This document shows, piece after piece, positions 39,741-53,253 of a DNA stretch of 64,000 bases. The position numbers and the translations under genes are program-made. Origin of the DNA: Moniliella sp. 'wahieum' (Eukaryota); NCBI GenBank assembly GCA_003971905.1, contig RSEE01000124.1, positions 1 to 64,000 on the forward strand, in the 5' to 3' direction. Each line of letters opens with the position of its first letter. The stretch's first letter is position 1. The notes below the pieces were generated by a model. That model was not told the DNA's origin. It saw only the letters and a list, made by a program, of their open reading frames with translations, and did no database searches.

Positions 39741-41594
39741 GGTGGGCGGCGAGGAGGAAATGGCGGGCTCCGGCAGCGTAGGCTGGTGGCGGTGGTGGCG
39801 GAGACTGCTGGGTTGGTTGGATGTGGTCGATACGGGGGGAGCGGCATTAGGCCTTAGGCCTTAGGCTTGGGCGTATTGGGACAGCTGATTATGATGCCGG
39901 CCGGCGTCGTGATCGGAGGCATGGACACGTAGGGTTACGCATCCGATGCATGAGCAAGCGGTGATGCATGTGGATGATGTGTGACGGATGCATGACACTC
40001 AAAGTATGCGGCGACACGGCCTGTGGCGCGGGGCTCCTGACGCGTGACGATCGATGATCTGTCATGATGGCTAGGATGATCGATGACTCGACGACTAGCG
40101 ACCGCTCAAGCTGAGCGGGGAGCAGGCTTCGTTGTCCCCCCATCTGCTGCGTCTGCAAGGCAAAGCCTTGATGGCTAGGGCTGAGTAAATTTGAAATGGG
40201 TATGATCGAGGATCAAGGACCTTCGACACCCTCCGATCATCGATCACGGAACGGCAGTCACCGGACATCACGTGATCTGTATAAACCGCTCGCCCACGTC
40301 GCAGTCTCCCAGTTGCAACCAACCGTCCCCTAAACTACTGTTCTGATACACACCGCTGACTGCCAAACGCAGCTTTGAAATTTGATGGTCGATGCTGCGC
40401 GGGTCATTAAATTGCTCTCGGTTGTTATATAGTGCTGTTAGTCATTCAGGCCTTGGCTTGTGTAAATTTGAGGGCCACAGAAAGATGAGAGCTTTTGAGT
40501 GAAGAATCGCCGGGGAGAAGTAGCAATCGTTTGTGGGGAAGCAGGTAGAGTAGAGCGCATGGGAACAGGGAAGGAGCGAGACGCTCGGGACGAAGAAATT
40601 AGAAATGGGAGCGACATCAGCCAAACGATGATGACAGATGGACGCTCAGTGTTTCTATGGTTCTGATGTGTGGCTCTCTTTTCTGGCATTTTCTTTCTTA
40701 GGGTGGGCGCGGGGGGGAACGGAGAGTCGTCGGCGTCGGCCATATCGGGCTGGGCCGCGTTGGACGCACTGGCACCTGTGCAGCGGCTGGAGATGTGCAA
40801 GGGGAGGAAGGAAGAGGGGTGGGGAGGGTGGAGAAATGTGTCCGATGGAAATGGGGTGGGCGGTTGGGCTGAAAGCAGGAAGGCTGTGGTATATATGCCT
40901 CTGAGGAGAAGAGAACATGCGAGCTGAGTCACACGGAGAGAAAGAAAAGGGGAGCATAGACAAAGGGGGGAAAACAGGATATGGAACAAATCAGGGACCA
41001 GTCAATCTGTGGGACTAGACCAGGTGGGTCTGATCCCGACTTCGCTCGTGACTCTGGGGTACCATTGTCCCCTTGACAGATATTAACGCATGCGCGGCTT
41101 CCCTCCTACTTGATTGTTCCTTTCCCTTATCCCCTTTTCTTAGTATAGCCTCGTCGGGTCGTGGGATATATCGACTCCCCCCCCCCACAAAACAGAATAA
41201 CAGAGAAAGGAAGATTTATCTGTCAACAGTCAATCAGGTCATCATATTCGTCGTTCCTGTGGCACGTCTAGATGTTGGTGTATCAATACCATCACAGCTC
41301 TCAACACTGCTGAGGACCTAGTACATCGGGCGATTCCTATACGGTACCCCGTCTCTCTCACGGCAAGCATCATTTTGAGGAAAGTGTAACAGAGTACACG
41401 GATATGTAACAGTCGGGACTAAACGAGGGAGACCAAGGCCTGTCAGAGGCTGGGGGAAAGGCAAGATAGTTCGTGGGAGGAAACAGAAAGAAGCATCGGG
41501 CAGAGAACACAAGGAAAAGGAAGGAAGAAGAACGAGAGACACAGGATGCAGATTTGGAAATTTGGAGCGAGCTTAGTCATTCCGTGACAGGATA

Positions 41595-42030
41595 GCCCTA
41601 CACTTCCACGACGGACCCATGAATGTCCGGGTACCGCTCCCGCGTGGACGGGGGATAGCCCAGAAGCGAACGAAGTACTCATGCGGCCCCACGGCCCTTC
41701 CAGCGAGAGTCAAGGACGTGTTCGACCTGGTGATGAACCGCACCATCGTCAGCATATTCGGGGAGAGGAGGCCGGGGATCGATCAAGCGGGCAGGGTCCA
41801 TGCCACCCGGGGTGTATATGATGTGCACGCAAGAGGGACATATGAAACACGTCATGGAGGTGTAGGTAGTCGGGAAAGTGGACCTGGTATACGCGGGCGG
41901 CCCACAGCGTGGACAATGGGAAAGGGGCCGACGTCATGATAGTCGAGGCCGTCAGAAGGTCGCTGGCTAGACACATACCCGTCCCGGCGGACCAAGAAAA
42001 GCTGTCCAGCAGTGAATTGGTGTCATATCT
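41595..42030 (-). mobile_element. Degenerate Ty3/gypsy chromovirus pol remnant (integrase C-terminus plus chromodomain)
   Basis: FTAGQLFLVRR..SQRPSDGLDYHDVGPFPIVHAVG / YQVHFPDYLHLHDVFHMSLLRAH (GPY/F module), then QVEHVLDSRWKG / HEYFVRF / LGYP / SWV (chromodomain), broken by frameshifts. Confidence 0.82.
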
Positions 42031-42698
42031 GCCGAGACTTCACTTAACAGTGAGAGACCGCATTCAGTTGTTGGGGTGCGGTGGGCATATTTTTGAAGCC
42101 ATGTTCGGTTGAGGGTCGTCGGGTAAGCGACGATTTTGCGCGACAGGCTCATTGAGCGAATATGGGAGTAGGTTATACATCGTAATGGTTGGTATATCAT
42201 ACAGAGAGCCCCCCCCACAAGCTCTACAATTGAAGCATCGACGGAGGGAGCCGGGCCAAAAAGCGGGACTCATCAGACACAGTTGCTATGGTGCTGGGAC
42301 TGAGCCGCATGAGAAGGGCCCTTGTAGGTGGACGAATCAGATGAACCGCAACCGCTGAGAAGGCGGCGGAGGCGGAGGTCGACACGGCCAGAAGGACACA
42401 TGCAAAAACCTAGCACGACGGTGTACGGGTTGGCGCCGGCTGGGTGGCGAGGGGCAGTGTCACCACGCATTGCCTGTCACTAGCTAGTCACATTCACATG
42501 TCACCGGTGATGGGGCGCTGGGTGGCGTGTGGCTTCCCTCGAAGAGGCGATGAAGCTCAAAGGGGCCGCTGCGGGCCGTCGCAGGCGTGGGCGGTTGCTG
42601 CTTTTTGCCCAAACGCGTCGCCGCGCTCTTTTGCGACGAGCGGTGTCAGCGCTCCTAAGCGCCCCCCCCACGTATTCACCCCCCCGCCGCCGCCACTA

Positions 42699-42734
42699 CC
42701 ACCACCACCACCACCACCACCACCACCACCACCA
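42699..42734 (+). repeat. (CCA)n microsatellite, about 12 units
   Basis: Perfect CCA run ending about 15 nt before the presumed ATG at 42750. Confidence 0.9.
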
Positions 42735-42749
42735 CTTCCCCCGCCGGGC

Positions 42750-45700
42750 ATGTCCGCTCTGCCGGACGCCCCGCCCCCCCCGCCTCCTTGTGCTGCATGC
42801 GCCTCCTACACCATCAAACTCAGGGGAGAGTTTTCCCACCCCCGAGTATGTGCCCCTGCCTCGGCTCCTCCTCCACCTCTTCCCACCCCAGTGTGCTGCA
42901 ACGGTCCACTGACCCCTTCTGCTTCTGAGCAGGCTCTGCGCTCAGCGCCTTGCCTACTACCGCACTCCCATATTTGTCGACCGCATCACTGGCCGCCATG
43001 GCCTGAACCTCTTCCAGAGTTGCCGCGCTGAAGCTGCTGCCCTTGTGCTCCTGTATGTTGAAATGCCTCGTGCGCTCAAATATGCTCTGGTGCGCTCTGT
43101 CCAGAGCGCTAGCGGTCGTTCTCCCTCTCTCGCCCCAGGGCAAGGCACAGCCTTGCCACCCATCCAGCGCCTCACGCTCTTCCCGACTAACGAGGCTGGC
43201 GCGGGGCTCATGCCGGCCGCTCGCGTCCACCAGCTGGCGCTCCAGCTCGAACACGCGTTCAATCAACGCTTCTTCGTCGGCGAGTGTGTCGCTGTTCGTC
43301 TCACGCCTCACGAGCTTCGCTGGGGTATTATTGTGGCTGTCCGCCCCCGCTGGCTCTTTGGCGTTGCTTTGAGCAATCACCAGCCGACAGAGGCTTGCGG
43401 ACACCCTGTAATATCTTCGCCTCATGCTCCAGCAGAGGACTGCTCCTTTGATCAATGGCATTTCCAACGAGGCGCTGAGCAACTCTGCTCCTAAAGATGC
43501 TCCGGGCCCTTCGCCCCCACCAGAGCTAACCGCCGACACGCTCATCCACAGTGTTGGCACGTGTGCCCCGTTCTTCCCATATGGGCACATTTTGGATTCT
43601 CCCCAGGAGTACCAGTATGAGGTCCTGCTGGGGCCGCTGTACGACGCCACTAGCCATTCCTGGCCCGATGTAAGCGCTTTTGTCAATCAGTCTCGAAGGA
43701 CAATGGCATCTTGCATGCTTGCTCGTCCACCCCGTGCATGGGGAGTCCCTCTCCTCCGCCGCTTTATCCGCGCTGCGATGCAGCCCTCCTCTCCCCAGCC
43801 TTTTACTGCTCCAACCGAGCAATGTAATAGGCATGGTGTCTATCCTCCCTTCCACCGTTTTACCCCTGGAGAATCGGTTCCTGAGGAGGATAACTGGACC
43901 CCGCCCGCCGTGGAACGGGCTGCCCACCTTCTCTTAACAAACCCAGCAAATTCCTCGGCCTTGTACCGACGCCCGGAGAGCCCGCGGTCTGCATCCGGCG
44001 CAGATAGTGTACTGGCTGCACTTAAGGTAGTTTCCACGCTTTCCAACCCGTTCAAAGCGTAATCGGCTCCTACCCCTACGAGCGTCACGTTGCCTGTCCC
44101 CACCACCCGCCTCCTTTCGAATCAAGATCGGCATTACAGCCGCACCCAGATAGTCGATCTGACTAGGGATGATGATGAGAACGACGAGGAACCGACGCGG
44201 CCGTCCAAACGGCCAAGGCCATCCGACTCGAATCAACCATCCCGCCTCTCACTGTCCCTGTTACGAATGCTATTCCCTCTCCCGCCTTTCACCCCACATT
44301 ACGGCCGCCTGCGCTGGCATCAAACATGACTGTACTTCAACCTTGGCAGCAGCCCTTGGGGGTGCAGAACGCCTCCCTACTGCCCCACTTCCTCGTGGCC
44401 TTGAACCAGGGCACAATAACCCCTCAATTCCACCCGGCTTTCCCAACTTCCTGTTGGGCGTTCACACGCTGCCTCCCTGTGCCATCTTCCCTCCTCGGTG
44501 AGCCACTCGTGCAAAAACATGCAAACCAGGTGTTGGTCTTTCAGGCCCAGGCCCAGGCTCAAGCCCAAGCCCAAGCTCAAGCTCAAGCTCAAGCTCAAAC
44601 CCATGCACAAGCACAGGCCCAAGCCCAAGCCCAAGCCCAAACTGGATCTCGGGCTCAAACCCGGACTCTCTTTCAAACCCAGGATGAAGCCCTAAACCAG
44701 GCACGCCCAATCTCAAATTCTAGCCAAGACCCTATCGGCACTCCAACGTCATGTTCCTTCCTCGGATCCTCAAGCTAAAGTTGTGGGCACATTGCTCGCC
44801 TCCGTTAAGTCTCACGTTCAAGCAGAGTCGATCGCCGTGCCCCAGATGGGTACACTAGTATGTGCGTACCTTCCTATAATGTCTGCTATGCAGGGGCTAA
44901 CCTTCCCAAAGCACCTATCGGCGGCGCTGCTGGCAGTCAACTCGAGTCAATGCACGCGTCGGGCGCTAGCGGCAGATTTTTGCGGCAGAGAGTACACAGA
45001 ACAAACGCACAGGACACCAACATCTCATTGACGCGAGAAATGGCACAATGGTGGGTGCATGTGATGCAGGCGAGGCGTAATTATTCACATGCTTCCCTTC
45101 GCCTATCCGAAAACGAACAGGCCATATCCGGATTGCAGGGCTCGCTGGCTCGCTGGCGTGGTGTACCGAATCCAGGAGGTGGGAACACTCAAATCGAGGA
45201 GGCTCTACGCAGTCATCTGTCCCGCCTGAATGGCCTACATGATCACAGGCGCCAGCTTATGGCTCTGCAAGGGACACATCAAGCTCGCCTCCTCCAGCTC
45301 TTCCCGCCCCTTACGCGCATGAGTGTGTGCACCAGCTGCTAACCTTGCCCGTTGCGGAACATTTTCCAGACTCGCCCGCATTCGATTCCCTACTCCGGGG
45401 AGTCGCCTCCGCGCAGGCGCCCCTCCAACCTTCTCAATCCCCTACCTACCCAGCAGTCCTGGTTGCTCACCCTGACACGTCCACTGCACTCGATGTACGT
45501 GCTCTGTCCACCGCACCCGTTCCCTCCTCAGGGAACCAGGTATTGGCTCTGGTCAATCAACTCACCCCCAGGGCCACATCCAATCTTCCGCTCACGGTAT
45601 ACCTTCCTTGGGGTCCATCCCCTTTCAATCCCCTCCACAAACCACCAACCCTGCCGTCATTGAAGCGCCAACACTGCATTACATTACAATTCCCAGGCGA

Positions 45701-48121
45701 CTGCCCATCCATTGGGTCTCCGGCATCATTGTCACCAACCGTGGACAAAGAAGACCAGGGATTATCAAGGAAAGCAACGTGGTGCATCCGTCAATCCCGC
45801 TGTATTCACGGCCGCCGGCCGAGGATCTGGAATTACGGAGGAAAGCCAACGCGGTTCGTCCGCCAACCTCAGTTTGTTCTCTGCCCCCCTCAATCAAGTA
45901 CATGTCTTTTTTGCCCAAAAACGCCACGGTCGAAGCGGGTGCCATGGACTGTACCCCCGCGCCTCGTCGACGGGACCGACAGGACTCCATCTCTCCCTCC
46001 CAAGTACAATTTCGTCGGTCATCTGTGTCCTATTGAGTTGGAACGTGTCATTCGCTTGGCACGCCTTGATAAGTTGTGGCCCTGTTCTCGGACTGGATGG
46101 TTTCTGGTAGAGACCTGGTTCTGGCCTACAGTACAACCCAGTGGATCTGGGGAAACCTGGTGCCATGACCTTGCCAACTGACCTCCGTTATGGCTGCGAT
46201 TCATGGGTGTTTTGCAAGCGCTTGCCATTGACAGGGAAAACCAGGACTGTGTAAATGAGTTATCGGACCTATCTACCGCGACCACTCGCGTTGCCACTGA
46301 AGTGGTTCAGGCGTTTCAGAAGGCCGAGCAGTTGATGGCGGAGGCACTAGAGCGGCCCTGTCTCCTCGGGGAACGACCACATATCAGAAGAGGACAGGGC
46401 GGAGGGAACGGAAAAGACTGAGAAAACCACCGCCGCCCTGAACCCACGCCTCCAGACCAACTGTGGAAAGATGCCAAGACCCTTTGTGCCTCTCTGGGCC
46501 ACACGTGGGAGAAGGAACTGATTGATTCGTCATGGAAGAAGATCGCTGGCTACACGCCCTGCTCGGGTACGTCGGCTCGTGCCACCCAGAGGACCTTCCC
46601 CAGCCATTAGACGAACCGGGCAGTCTGCCGACCTGGGAGGAGATCCTTCAAGTTTGGTGCAGGGTGCAAGGCCAATCGTGCTGGGGGGGTGGTGAGGACG
46701 TTAAATCGGCGGGAGTCGGAATTATACACACTGCCCTCGGGACGCGGCCCAGACCCCGCTTAGCGTTCACCTCACCGAACGCTACTTCGCTCTCTCATTC
46801 ACCCAGAGATTGTTCATATTCTTTCCCTTATTGACAGCGTGTTGGCGCACCAAGACATTCGCAAGCGTTTGATCGAGCTCTGGACTGCGTATGATGATAA
46901 CACTAAGCGTATTGGTGCTATCGAGGAGCGCCAGAAGGAACTGGGTAACCTGGTTCAGGTTCATCTCAGAAGGCAACAATCGGATTTAGTAAGAGCGAAC
47001 CCCGCGCATACACCACCACAGCGCTGGCTAAATCCGCGAAGCCTGCACCCGCACATCGTGTCGTTCCTTCGCAGAGCATTGGCTTGGTGAATGGCGCCAA
47101 CACTTCTTTTTCTGGTGCATCCGCCTCAAAGCAGCATGCGACCGTGGTCCAAAGCAGCTCAGCCTCGACTCCGCCTGCTTCTCCCGTGGTATCTGCGCCT
47201 TTCCCTAGGTCTTTGCCGTTGGGACGGAAGTCCCTTGTGCCTCCTCTTGAACCCCTGCAACCCGTCGTCCCACCGTCACCCCGCTCACCTGAGCTCCCGG
47301 AGGTTTTGCCGAATGTGGCCAATCCCAATTTGGCCTTTATGGCTAAAGATGACCCTATACTGGATCCCTCGTCCATTGGCCGTCCTCTATCGCAATCCAC
47401 TCCTGAACCTGCCCGGAAACGACACCGACCGACTGCATGTCCAATTCCATCAGCTACTGCTGCCTCTCCTCATCTTCCAGCACTGGCCAAGCCTTCTACT
47501 GTCGTTCCAGCTCCGATGCCTGCCCCTGTGCGTCTCCCGGATTTGGCGCAATGCCAAAAGGGGCTGGCGGATCTGGCTAATACGCACAAGGAATTGGTGG
47601 AGATTGGTTGCCACTGGTCGTACTTTACCTGCGCTCGTCCACTCGGCAAGGATCGGTTTATAACCAGTATTGGTGGCTCGACAGTATTATTGCCTTTGAT
47701 GACACGTTAAAGGGGGGAGGAGTGGGCCAGCTCCTGGTGCAGACCTCTGATGTTGCGTCCGCTCAACTGATGCGCTTGGGCCCAGACCCCCCAGCGCTGG
47801 GCCACGGTGGTTGCTCGTGCCCAGGCGGAGCTGGGCACGGTATGCTGTCCTCGCCGATGGGCTGCATTTGACACGCCCGAGCAACTGGCTGGGCTGGTAA
47901 GTTGGCTTCACCCAGACGGGGTTCGCGAACGCGAGCTCCTAGAGGCCCTTCCTCTGTTTCTCCCCGACATTCAAGCGTCGATGAAGCGCCGCCAACAGAT
48001 CGGCAGCTTTGAGGAGCGTTTATGGTCGTTCGGTCCGTCCGTCCTAGCTCCCCTCAGCATGGCTTCCCTCACCCTGTTTATATTTACGGCTGGTCCAAGA
48101 AGGTTTGAAAAAGCTGCGTGA
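42750..48121 (+). CDS. ITC1: Itc1/Acf1-like ISWI accessory subunit (WAC..WHIM/WSD), highly divergent
   Basis: WAC-like: RLAYYRTPIFVDRITGRHGLNLFQSCRAE..MPRALKYALVRSVQ..RVHQLALQLEHAFNQRFFVGECV. WHIM2: RPLGKDR/YNQYWWLD..GQLLVQ. WHIM3: WAAFDTPEQLAGLVSWLHPDGVRERELLEAL. Many frameshifts; middle not reconstructed; ends approximate. Confidence 0.78.
44542..44640 (+). repeat. Coding (Gln-Ala)n repeat
   Basis: Tandem CARGCY hexamers encoding QAQAQA.. within the Itc1-like locus. Confidence 0.85.
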
Positions 48122-48224
48122 CGATGCGTGACATGTATATGAGCTCGATCGAGATAAATGAAGCTTGAAGCGCGCCTCACCAAGAGACATAAATAGGCAG
48201 CACGATCGGCATCCCGCCCAAGCT

Positions 48225-50374
48225 CTACCCGCTCGGCCGTGCCTCGACAGCCTGAGCAACCGACTCGGCGTCAACAGCGGCCCAAGCCGACATGCCCAGC
48301 TCCCAAGCATACAACATCGACGCGCCGCCGACTCGACCGGGGGTGGCAGTGCCGTCGGTGGGTGTCTCGGCTTCGGGAGCGGTGCGAGCACCTGGGCTGG
48401 CCAGGTCGCTTAGCGCACTAAGACCACTCCAAATTCCACTTCCCAGCGACCCAGACACGCGGCGTGGGTCCTGGGAGGCCGTCAGCATCGCGTACGCGCC
48501 TGTGCGCGTGAGGTAGGCACCGTCGGGCAAGCGGAAGCCCTGGTCCCACAACCGAGCTTCCCGTTGCGCTTGAGCCGCCGCGAGCGCAGCGAGGCGGACG
48601 CCCGGCGCACTGGGTTCCGAAGCTGCTTCCAGCAGGTCCGGTCCCGCGCCTAGAGGCGCCCGACGTGGGAGCGACAGCACGACGGCCCGGACGGGGGGGT
48701 TGGTGTGGGTAAAGGAGAGCAGGACCGGACCGTGGCCGATCCATAGCACCCCCCAAGGACAGAGAGACAAAAGGGGGCGGTGCTTGTCTCGAGCACGATA
48801 GCTCGCTTCCACACCCTGGAGAGATAACGCAAAGCTGGGCCGGCCGAAGTGGGTGAAGGAGAAGAGGGCAACGACGCTCGCTGTTCCGCGTCCTGGTCCC
48901 ACTCGGGGACGGGAAGCCAATGTGGTGGGGGCGCCCGATCTGGACTTGCAAGGTCTGCTGGCTGTGCAGGGGCGGGAGCCATGTCGGCAGAGGAGAAGAG
49001 GGTATGCTGGTAGTTGTGGATCACAACAATCTTGAGCGATGGATCCTTTTTGTTGAAGCGACCCACCATGCAGAGCAGATTGGCCTCGAGGTCTAGCTCA
49101 AGCGTAGACCAATACCAATAGCGCGCGGGGCGGAAGTTAGTGTGCTCCAATACCAGGTCTGCCTCCCGGGCGGGCACGCTGCCGTCCCGATTGACCTTCC
49201 AGGCGACATCGGCGGGCGTAGATGTGCCCGTCTCGGTATTGGCACGGTAAAGTCGGCATGCCAGAGGGGAAGGGTGGGAAAAAGGATGGGCAGGCTGTGG
49301 TCCTCCGTCCCCTGTGGGTGCTTGCCAAAGCGGATGGCACGCAGCTCCCGCACGGCGGAAAAGGTTTGTACAATGGCCAACAGCTGGGCATGGTCAAATT
49401 CAAAGCCTACAATCCACCCTGTTTCACGGAGGGTTGTGGTGCGGATGATCGTTGGCGTGCAGATATCGATGAAAAACACTTCCATTCCGCGTGAGATTCT
49501 GAGCGACAGGCGAATCGGTCAATTTGGTCGCACCTACCTCACGCAAAGGGGCGGGGGGTGGCGACGGACGTACGCAACGACAGGATAGTGAAATCGGATC
49601 TTGGGTCCCGTGTCTTCGGGCTGAAGACCCGTGGGCGGGAAGGGAATCGGCACGTCGGCCCAGTGGACCAAGTGGCCCGGCGCGACAGGCTGCCCCCACC
49701 CGAGCCGTTCGCGAGTATAGTGGGTGGTATAGATCTGGGCCATCAGTTTACGTGTTCTCCCTCGGAGGGAGAAGAGGTTAGGGCAATCACCACACCCCGC
49801 CCAGCGGCGACACGGTGCACCATCTGACCAGGGCTGCAGGGTGCGGACCACATGCGCTGGTGGGAGGCGAGATCGAGGGTGGAGAGGCCGAGCGTGGTGT
49901 TGTAAACAACAAACATCTGGTGCTCGGGCACCAGCACAAATCCGCTGTCCGCGCCCGACGAGCACCGGGAGACCCGGGCGACAAGGAAGGCAGCCCCCGT
50001 GTGGACAGGGTGGAGCGGACGAGGGGGAAGGGGAAGGGCAAGGGAGTGTCGGTGGGAGCATCGCTGCTGGCACGGCCCCATTGGCGCGCGAGACTGAGTT
50101 GGAGCAGCACCCAGACACGCCAGCTGGTTGCCACGTCCGGCACCACATCTGCCAGCGCCAGATCGGCGGCGTGCACGGCGGCGGACAGGCCCTGGCGGTG
50201 GGCGGCGGCGGGGACGAGGCGCAAGCGGAGGGCGAGGGCGCGCCAGAGAGGCTCGGCAGCGGCCACGGAGCGCCAGGCGCGGCTGACTTGGGCCACACGG
50301 GCGATGTCGGAGGGGGTGAGGATGGGCGCTGCGAGGATCTGGACGGCGACCTCGACGGGCAGATGGGCGAGCAT
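48225..50374 (-). CDS. F-box protein
   Basis: N-terminal LAHLPVEVAVQIL..LTPSDIARVAQVSRAWRSVAAAEPLWRAL. Downstream ORFs with beta-strand-like segments are joined by frameshifts; 3' end inferred. Confidence 0.75.
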
Positions 50375-50655
50375 GGCCGCGGGGGGAAGGGCCGAGGGGG
50401 GAGGCGTGGAGTCCGGTGGCTATATATATCCGCACTGAACTTCTCGCGTGGCTGGCTATCGCGGCTATCGCGGCGGTCGGGGTTGTGAAATTGCAGCGGG
50501 GCTGAACATTACAAAACATTCCACGCACCGCCGTTTGTCTTCGGCTCCCCAGACAGCCCCACCGCCGCCGGCCTGCCCCACCATCTCGTCGGCCGTCCCC
50601 GGGCCCCGCCCCCGCTTGCCGGCGCGCCCCCTCCACGCCCGCCACGACACGCGTG

Positions 50656-53253
50656 ATGGCCGTCACCGCCCTCCACTTGCCCGCCGTGGGACGCAGCCCC
50701 TCCCACCATAGCCCCCGCCTGCCCCGTCACAACGACTACGCCGCCGCCGGCAGCAGCAGCAGCCGCACCGAGGTCCCGGCAAGCCCCACCCCCTCTTCTT
50801 CCGACCTCTCCGACACGGGCTCCGAGCTCAGTGACCTGCCCTCCGACTATGAATTCAGCGCCACCTTTGAAGCCTCCTCTGCTCTCGGGTACACGCTGGC
50901 GTCGGCGCTTGCTGCGCCCACGCCCACCGCCACCACCCCCTCGGCCATTGGCGGCGAATACGGCGCACCCCTTCCCCCGCCGCAGCATCTCACCCCCGAG
51001 GCTGCCTTCACCGTCTTCCCCCGCGGCGATGATGCGCCTCCACGCTACGCATTTCTGCCGCGGAACGAATGGCATTGCGCCCCCTTGATGCGCCCGCCAA
51101 CCAGTGCGATTGCCCCGCCCAAGGGGACGACCACTGTGGCGACGCGTGCATCAACCGCAATCTGTCCATCCTCTGCGATCCAACGCTGTGTCGCAATGGC
51201 GAGCGCTGTACTAACGGGCCCCTCTACACCCGGCCCGTGCCGCGCTGCGAAGTCAAGCGTGTGGGCAATCGTGGCTACGGTCTCTTCACCCTCGAGCCGA
51301 TAGCATCGGGTCAACTCATTGACGAGTACCGTGGAGAAGTGATCGACCAATTCGAGATGCAACGCCGCGTTTCCCAACTTTATGTAAAGCTGGGCAACTT
51401 TTACATTGTTGTCTACGACCCCGCCGGAAAGCAGTCTTGACTCGGCCATCAAGGGGAATCGCGCCCGATTTGCCAATCACAGTTGCGAACCAAATGGCTA
51501 CCTGCAAAAGTTTATCCTTTATGGAAACGACGAACCGCGCTCGGCCGAGTTTGAGATGGGATTTTTGCTTCCCGCGACATTGCCGCTGGAGAAGAGTTGA
51601 CATATGATTACTGTACGCTCTCCCCCTCCCCTCTCCCCTTGATTGGGCCCGACAGTACTGACATACGGGGTGTTTGCTAGCTTGGGAAAGCTTCAAGTCA
51701 GTCTCGAAACCGATGGAGTGCTTGTGCGGGACCCCAACGTGTATTGGTGTGATGGACGCCCGGGCTGGCCGCCGCAGAGAAACGAGGGAAGAAAGGCCGG
51801 GTTCGTCCCCTGCGTCCAAACGGTCTAAGAGTGCAGCTAAACAATTGCCTCAATCCGATCAACTCCCCAAACAATCTCTCTGTCCAAGAAAAGACTTCAT
51901 ACCCCTTCTCCAAGTCTACGTCTGGGTCCGAGTTGGAACTTGATCGAGCGGCCAGCACGGAGGCAGGATCCTTTCCTGCCCAACACTCCTCCCACAACCT
52001 GTATCTTCGCTGGGATCGGTTGGGCAACCGCCTGGTCCCCTCTGTCCCTTCTCACTCGCATGCCCCTCAGCATCCCCATTGCCATCGTCATTCCCACCAG
52101 CTGAGCCGCCGGTTGCTAGGCTCCCTCGTCTCTGTCACGACCCCACCATCCTTGCCAGAAGACTCCCGTCCTTCCTGTTCTTATCGCCCACGAGATCCAG
52201 ACCGCATGGCCCGACGCGCCCGGGCACGGGGCATGCTTCCCCCTTTCCTGGAGGCGCAACAACAGGAGCAGGAAGCCGAACCACCCCCCATCCCCAGCAT
52301 GCCTACGTCCCTCCATTTTGCATCTACCTTCACCCACGCCCGTCGCTCAGCCAGTACGTTGCAGCTCCACAATCCCCCATTATCTCTTGATGTGGTGCTG
52401 ATCCCCCTACCACTTTCAGATGCAGCCAAAGCGCGTGGTAAGCAGGCGCCCGTTTCCAATGAGGCCGGAGATCGTGATAAGCAAACGTTGCATGGCTCGC
52501 CCAAGAGGCGAATCCCTGAACCGTCGAGTGCTCCACGTTCGGTTCCTTCGGGCAAGCCCATATCCCAAACATCCCAGACCCTCAAGAGTTCGATCCGACC
52601 TAACGATAGAGCGAGGCGGAAGACACGTCGGATTCCGAGGTGGAATGTGTGCTTCAACAAGTCGTCGTTCCCCCGACCACCGACGTACTGGTCATTTCCA
52701 GCGACGAAGAGGATGATCCAGAGGAAAAGGAAGTTGCACAGGGTGTGGGTTCCATGCCTTCCCGTCCAACTCCACGTTTGACGCAAGGGGAGGTGATCGA
52801 CCTTGGCATGTCCTCGGACGAGGACGTGGTGGAGATTACGCCTGTTCGCAGGACACCTCGCGTGAAGCCACAGCGGCGCCCACCACGTTCCCCTGCTGCT
52901 CGGATGCTCAGTGCACCCACGCGACAGAGCAGTGGAACTGATGGGTCGGATGAACCCCCGGCGGCGGAGAGTACGACGAGCTCTGCCCTACCCCTCCCAT
53001 GGGCCCCGCTGCAGTTGAAGCGGCCGAGCTAGGCCAAGACCTGGACCGGATCACCGACCAACTGGCGCGGTACTATCAAAACATGGATCACATTCCCTCT
53101 GCGCCTTCGCCCGCGTGGCAGACGGTGCAGCCGGACGAGGTACCGGACACGTTGGTCCGGTCGTACGAGCCAGAGGCAGACGAGGACTCGACCGAGCAAG
53201 ACGAGCTGACGGCCATGGTGCGCGAACAGCTTTCCAATTTACTTTATGGGTGA
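50656..53253 (+). CDS. ASH1: AWS-SET-postSET histone lysine methyltransferase, ASH1-like (H3K36 family)
   Basis: CDC..CGDACINR..C..C..C.N (AWS), RGYGLF..IDEYRGEVI, KGNRARFANHSCEPN, DIAAGEELTYDY, CLCGTPTCIG (postSET). Intron 51613-51680. Long disordered tail with no recognisable Set2 WW/SRI domain. Confidence 0.85.

Noticed and set aside
39848..39868. TTAGGCC x3 and scattered TTAGGG (24682, 54309) as interstitial telomere
   Set aside because: Too short and imperfect; the 54309 copy is the CTAAC branch site of a YKT6 intron.
40438..40989. Minus-strand ORF (MADADDSPFPP..) after a TATA-like element
   Set aside because: Short, low in information, in probable retroelement-derived sequence, and no family recognised.
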